From Candidatus Woesearchaeota archaeon (GTDB lineage Archaea > Nanobdellota > Nanobdellia > Woesearchaeales > SKIA01): a stretch of DNA of 64,000 nucleotides. This document shows, one piece after another, positions 59,311 through 64,000 of this stretch. A program made the translations under genes and the position numbers. The notes beneath the pieces are model-generated. The model was given only the letters and a program-made list of their open reading frames with translations, had not been told where the DNA came from and did not search any database. Numbering within the stretch: position 1 is the first letter of the stretch; every line of letters begins with the position of its first letter. The stretch is taken from the NCBI GenBank assembly GCA_046704725.1, contig JBJKRI010000006.1, forward strand, positions 1-64,000. The letters run 5' to 3'.

Positions 59311-59976
59311 TTAATGCTTACCAGTGCCGGAAGCGAAGTGCGCGTTCGGCGGCGTCTTCAGCAATCCCGTCGCATTCCCGATGCCCTTACCGGGGACGCT
59401 GTTGTTGAGCAGGATCGCAGCGCGCGTCGTGCTGTTCGTCTCATTTTCTCCCGTCTGATTGCCAGTGGTGTTTCCACCGGTCGAATTCTCGACCATGCCG
59501 GTCTCCGGGATGCCCGTCGTGTTCATCGTCGAACCGTTGATGTTGAAGCGGGTCCAGTTGAAAGCGTAGGGATACGTGCCGTTCTGAAGCGTGCCGAACA
59601 CTGAGCGCACCTCCACATACTGATATGCGTTTATCGTGTACGCTTCCGACGCGTTGGTGAGGCACAGATACGGGTAGAGATCCTGGAATGACGGATTGAA
59701 ATTGTAGATGCTGCTAGATTGGCTTGTGTCTCCGTCGGAGCGGATCTCGTAGCATTCCTGGATATGCATAGGATTGACGAACTTCAACGTGAGCCAGTTC
59801 GATGCGGAGCCCACGGTGAGCGTGATAGGGTTGTCCGTCCCCAATGGTATCTGATAGACGTATTGATGGCCCTGTTGCATGTTCAGCTGGTTCGTGCTCG
59901 GAAAGATGTACGCGCCCGCGGCGGCAGCCATGCCGAGCAGGAGAGCGACACCGATGAGACCTTTCATGAATCGCAT
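59311..59976 (-). CDS. Secreted protein, unknown function
   Basis: Signal peptide; N/T-rich linker; C-terminal PGKGIGNATGL; T-tract downstream. Confidence 0.72.
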   Translation of the reverse strand: MRFMKGLIGVALLLGMAAAAGAYIFPSTNQLNMQQGHQYVYQIPLGTDNPITLTVGSASNWLTLKFVNPMHIQECYEIRSDGDTSQSSSIYNFNPSFQDLYPYLCLTNASEAYTINAYQYVEVRSVFGTLQNGTYPYAFNWTRFNINGSTMNTTGIPETGMVENSTGGNTTGNQTGENETNSTTRAAILLNNSVPGKGIGNATGLLKTPPNAHFASGTGKH

Positions 59977-60102
59977 ATTGTATTCCCCCAAGGCGCGGCC
60001 TGCGGCCACGCCAGAGAAGGGCATTCCGGAATGCTATAAATATCCTGCGTCGGCAACCAGAGGTTCAGAGAAACTATAAAGCGGAGCGAGCCCCGAGCAG
60101 GC

Positions 60103-62418
60103 ATGGCCACTGTCCTGCGACGGCTCCGTGATTGGTTCTTGCACGCGAACACGCTCCAGAAGGCGTTCTTCATCCTCGCGACCGCGGCGGTGCTCATCGT
60201 CATCGCCGAGACGGTCTTCTTCCTCGTGATCGGCTACCAGAGCCTGCAGACCGGGCTGACGATATACCTCTCTCCGGACGCGCAGACGTTGAGCGTCGCG
60301 CACGGGCAGAACACGACGCTCTCGTTCAGCCTCGGAGCGCGCGACGCGCCCTTGTGCGTGGCGACCTGCGACTGGCGCGTGACGGACCTGACGACACGAA
60401 CGACAGTCAGGCACGGGACGCTCACGCCAAGAAGCAACCCGCAGACCCTCGGCACGACGATCGGGGCGCGCGGTAACAGCACCGGGACCGACGCGTACCA
60501 GATCGTCGTGGAGTGCCGCAACACGCAGGCGCTGCGCTGCCAACGCAAGAACGAGACGCAGGACGCGTCCGCGACGGTGCTCGTCACCACCACCTACAGC
60601 CCAGCGGAGAGAGCGGCCGCGGACGCCTACGCAATGAAAGCTCCCGGAGCGTTCGCGAACATGGCGAAGGACGCCGGAGCCTTGCTGCCCGTCACACACG
60701 TGAACGACCCGCGGGCGGCCACGGTCCGCGCCGACGCGGAGCGCCAGGCAGCCATGATCAGCGCATTGGCGGAGAACATCACCGCCGCCGTGCGCGCAGA
60801 CGATCCCGTCACCGCAGAACGGCTCCTCACGGAAGGGACTTCCGTGGACGCGGCGAGCGCGTACGAAAGACTGGTGGTCGAGGAGCGCAACGCGACAAGG
60901 CCCTATGACGAACTGCTCGCCCGCAACGACACCATCGCCGGACTGCTCGCGGCGGGCGACGCACCGACAGGGGCGCTCGCAACGGCACGCACGGCCTGGG
61001 GAGACTTCCCCGACGCGTCGCCCGCGAGCTCGGCGGAAGCGTTCTCCGGAGCGCTGCGCGCCGTCGACGCCGCGAACCAGACACCGAGCATCCTGCTCGC
61101 CGACCAGGGGAGCGCGCTCCTGCGCGGGGATCTCCTCGCGGCGTGCACGCTCAAGAGCACGACGTGTCCCGCTTCGATGCAGAACGTCACCGACGCGGCC
61201 CAGGCCGCGCAGAGGCTGCGCAGCGTCTGCGACGCCCTCTCATCGCTCGGCGCCACGTACTCCGCAGCTCAAGCGGCTTTCGCCCGACAGCTCGTCCCCA
61301 ACGCCACGCTCCAAGAAGCGCTCAACGCGACGGGCGCGCAAGCCCTTCGGCAATCGGCGGGATGGAACGCGACGCAAGCGGCGATCATACGGCAAGCGAG
61401 GAGAGGCGTTCTCTCCACGACGAACGACACCGTCCGTCTCGCCGTGGAGCTCGCTCCCAGCGACAACGCCACGGCGTTCCTCGCCGACTCGTGCCCCGTA
61501 CCGGACACGCACCTCCCGCCGCCGCTCACGCCGACGCTGCAGCCCGCCACGCCGATCCCTGTGTCGTTCACCGCACCAACGCTTCCTAGCGCACAATGCT
61601 GCGGCGTCGACGCGTGCGGGATATGCGCCGCATCAACGACGTACCCCGTCCTGCTCGTGCACGGGCACGCGTTCAGCGAGGACGCCGCCCCGGAGTACAG
61701 CATGGAGGCGTTCACGCCCTTCGCGCTGGCCATGCAGGGGACCGGACGTTTGTACGTGGGCAACGTGTTCCCCAGCGACACGCCCACCAGCGGACCGTAC
61801 AGCACCATCCCGGGCGGCGTGTCCGCCACGACGACCTACTACTACGACAGCTACGCCGAACAGGGCAAGACCGTGCTCGTCGCGCAGAAGACCGAGAACA
61901 TCGAGACGTACGCAATCCGGCTCAAGCAAGCCATCGACAACCTCAAGGCGGAGACGGGACAACCGAAGGTCGTGCTCGTCGCGCACAGCATGGGCGGATT
62001 GGTGGCGCGCAGCTACCTCGACATCTTCGGCTCGGATAGCGTCGCGGGACTCGTCATGATCGGGACGCCGAACCACGGCATCAACGGGACGGCGGCGCAG
62101 GTCTGTCCGATCGTCGGTGGGCAGGCGGAGTGCAGCGAGATGCTGCAGGGCAGCCTGTTCCTGCGCAAGCTCAACAGCGACCCGCAGCCCCACATACCGA
62201 TGCTCACCGTCACCGGCACGGGCTGCGACGGCAGGGCGTACGACGGGGTGGTCGAGGCGTCGAGCGTCTCCCTGCCCGGCGTCCCCGATAGCGTCGTGCA
62301 CGGCGCGTGCCACGGCACGCACCTCCTGCACACCGCGCTCATCGACCCGTCGCAGCATCCAGAGGTGCTGCATGTAGTGGAATCCTTCGTGGAGAACGTA
62401 TCGCATGCGCAGCGCTGA
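60103..62418 (+). CDS. Membrane-anchored protein with C-terminal alpha/beta hydrolase (lipase/PGAP1-like)
   Basis: N-terminal TM; PVLLVHG, AHSMGG, GTPNHG, DGVV, H. Confidence 0.88.
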   Translation: MATVLRRLRDWFLHANTLQKAFFILATAAVLIVIAETVFFLVIGYQSLQTGLTIYLSPDAQTLSVAHGQNTTLSFSLGARDAPLCVATCDWRVTDLTTRTTVRHGTLTPRSNPQTLGTTIGARGNSTGTDAYQIVVECRNTQALRCQRKNETQDASATVLVTTTYSPAERAAADAYAMKAPGAFANMAKDAGALLPVTHVNDPRAATVRADAERQAAMISALAENITAAVRADDPVTAERLLTEGTSVDAASAYERLVVEERNATRPYDELLARNDTIAGLLAAGDAPTGALATARTAWGDFPDASPASSAEAFSGALRAVDAANQTPSILLADQGSALLRGDLLAACTLKSTTCPASMQNVTDAAQAAQRLRSVCDALSSLGATYSAAQAAFARQLVPNATLQEALNATGAQALRQSAGWNATQAAIIRQARRGVLSTTNDTVRLAVELAPSDNATAFLADSCPVPDTHLPPPLTPTLQPATPIPVSFTAPTLPSAQCCGVDACGICAASTTYPVLLVHGHAFSEDAAPEYSMEAFTPFALAMQGTGRLYVGNVFPSDTPTSGPYSTIPGGVSATTTYYYDSYAEQGKTVLVAQKTENIETYAIRLKQAIDNLKAETGQPKVVLVAHSMGGLVARSYLDIFGSDSVAGLVMIGTPNHGINGTAAQVCPIVGGQAECSEMLQGSLFLRKLNSDPQPHIPMLTVTGTGCDGRAYDGVVEASSVSLPGVPDSVVHGACHGTHLLHTALIDPSQHPEVLHVVESFVENVSHAQR

Positions 62419-62434
62419 AACGGGTGCCGACGGC

Positions 62435-63163
62435 ATGCGTATCGACTACTGCGAGGAGTACCCCACGAGCGAGAACCTCTCGAGAGCCGCGGGACTGCCC
62501 CAAGGGACTGTCGTGTTCCTCGCCGCGCAGACGGAGCGGGAGTTCCGGTCCGCGGCGGAGGTATTGCGCAACCACGCGCCGGGCGCGGTGGCGGGCTGGT
62601 GGCCGATCCTGCCCGAGAGCTACTGGGTCTCTTCTTGGAGCGGACCAGAAGAACTGGAAGCGCTCGCGCGGGCGCTCGATTGGATGCCGCGCACGCACAT
62701 CCTCATCGACGCGGAACTGCCCTTCGTGCGTCCGAGACGGTTCATCATCGGATTGCCGCAGCAGCGTCGCGCGCGAAAGGCATTGCGAAAGCTCCACGAC
62801 GCGTCCAATCGGCACGACACCGTCTTCGCGACCTACCCGGTCATGCCGGGCTGGGCCAAGCGTCTGTTCGGCGTGCCGACTCCAGGGACCCCGTTGTTCA
62901 TGCACTACACGAGCATGATGCCCGCGTGGTTGGCACGAGTCTCCGAGCGTTCATTGCGTCGCAGGAAGAGGAAGGATGCCATCGTCATCGGGCTTGGCAC
63001 ACTCTCTCCGGGCGTGTTCGGCAAAGAACCGACGCTCCCGCCGGAGCGATTGTCACACGACCTCGATTTCTGCCGGGGGATCGGCTGTCGCCGCGTCGTG
63101 CTCTACCGGCTCGGCGGGCTCACGAGCGCGCACCGCGCGGTCCTCCGAACGAAAACCACTTAA
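62435..63163 (+). CDS. Hypothetical protein, possibly TIM-barrel
   Basis: Alternating beta/alpha pattern; WPIL, IDAELP, YRLGGL. Confidence 0.65.
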   Translation: MRIDYCEEYPTSENLSRAAGLPQGTVVFLAAQTEREFRSAAEVLRNHAPGAVAGWWPILPESYWVSSWSGPEELEALARALDWMPRTHILIDAELPFVRPRRFIIGLPQQRRARKALRKLHDASNRHDTVFATYPVMPGWAKRLFGVPTPGTPLFMHYTSMMPAWLARVSERSLRRRKRKDAIVIGLGTLSPGVFGKEPTLPPERLSHDLDFCRGIGCRRVVLYRLGGLTSAHRAVLRTKTT

Positions 63164-63185
63164 CCGACCGGTGTTGTGGAAGCGC

Positions 63186-63401
63186 ATGCAGGGGTTGATT
63201 GAGGAGCTGGACCGGCTGCCCAAGGCGACGCAGGACCACATCCTCTTGTGGCTGTCGGCAGAACCCCTCACGGATCCGGAGTACAAGGAATTCAAGAAGA
63301 TGAGACGGGCGATGACCCCCGCGCTCTACCGCAAGCTCGACAGCGTGCTCAGCGCCCGGCTCGTAAGGGCACGAAGCGGAAGCCGGAATGCTTCTCGATG
63401 A
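63186..63401 (+). CDS. Small hypothetical protein
   Basis: 71-aa helical ORF; CTTAA about 25 nt upstream. Confidence 0.45.
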   Translation: MQGLIEELDRLPKATQDHILLWLSAEPLTDPEYKEFKKMRRAMTPALYRKLDSVLSARLVRARSGSRNASR

Positions 63402-63981
63402 GGATATCGTCTTCCGATCGTTTCTCGACACGCCAGACCGCGTCCTGTACGGGTATGACCATGACCCCGCCCGTGCGGAGCTGCCCGACGAGTTCCTGGG
63501 GAAGCTCGTTCGCAGCGGCGCTCACGAGGATACGATGGTAGGGCGCTCCCGCCGGATAGCCCAGCACGCCGTCGGCGGGGATGATGCGCGCATCACCCTC
63601 ATCATAGGTCTCGAGGTTCGCGCGCCCGAACTCGACGAGAGAGGGTTCGCGCTCCACGCCGACCACGCCTCCCTCCGGACCGACGATGTCGCTGAGCAGC
63701 GCCGTCGTCCATCCGCTCCCGCTACCCACGTCGAGCACGTGCTCTCCGGGCAACGGCGCGAGGAGTTCGAGCATGATCGCGACGGTGTGCGGCTGGCTGA
63801 TGGTCTGTCCGGCGCCGATGGGAAGCGGCTGGTCGAGATACGCGAAGCGCTTGTCCTCTGGCCGCACGAAGCCCGCGCGGTCGACCCTCCGGAACGCGTT
63901 GACGATGCGTTCGGTCCGGAGCGATCCTTCCGCGACGAGTCCTTGCACGAGCGTCTCGTTCGTCTCCATGCTCCGGGACAT
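63349..63981 (-). CDS. pcm: Protein-L-isoaspartate O-methyltransferase
   Basis: GQTISQP, VLDVGSGSGW, APYHRILVSAA, FRFVPL. Confidence 0.95.
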   Translation of the reverse strand: MSRSMETNETLVQGLVAEGSLRTERIVNAFRRVDRAGFVRPEDKRFAYLDQPLPIGAGQTISQPHTVAIMLELLAPLPGEHVLDVGSGSGWTTALLSDIVGPEGGVVGVEREPSLVEFGRANLETYDEGDARIIPADGVLGYPAGAPYHRILVSAAANELPQELVGQLRTGGVMVIPVQDAVWRVEKRSEDDILIEKHSGFRFVPLRAGR

Positions 63982-64000
63982 GTCTTCGTGGCATAAAAAT

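Overview
Archaeal chromosomal segment, GC-rich apart from AT-richer patches at about 1-2.4 kb and 46.4-47.3 kb. It is most consistent with a DPANN lineage such as Woesearchaeota/Nanobdellota (inference from split rpoB and rpoA, archaeal tRNAs without encoded CCA, TATA boxes about 25 nt before many start codons, and many bacterial-type accessory genes). Contents: a surface-protein cluster (LamG-type protein, subtilase, membrane protein, zinc metalloprotease with one in-frame stop); the rpoH-B''-B'-A'-A''-rpl30e-nusA / rps12-rps7 cluster, interrupted by an antisense kinase-like gene; six tRNA genes, three with introns or insertions; two free-standing double-motif LAGLIDADG genes, each overlapping an intron-containing tRNA; a MacB-type ABC/COG1361 cluster; sua5; rad50; a copper/redox region (DsbA-like, CopA, ArsR, rhodanese, two proteins ending in ALPQQVGxC, two Cys-pair membrane wHTH proteins, a CuA lipoprotein); rlmE; a DEAD-box helicase with a cold-shock gene; pcm. 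No CRISPR array, integrase or transposase was seen. Best candidates for undescribed systems: the LAGLIDADG / intron-tRNA pairing and the C-terminal PQQVGxC copper/redox module. All calls rest on motif recognition by eye; no database search was run.
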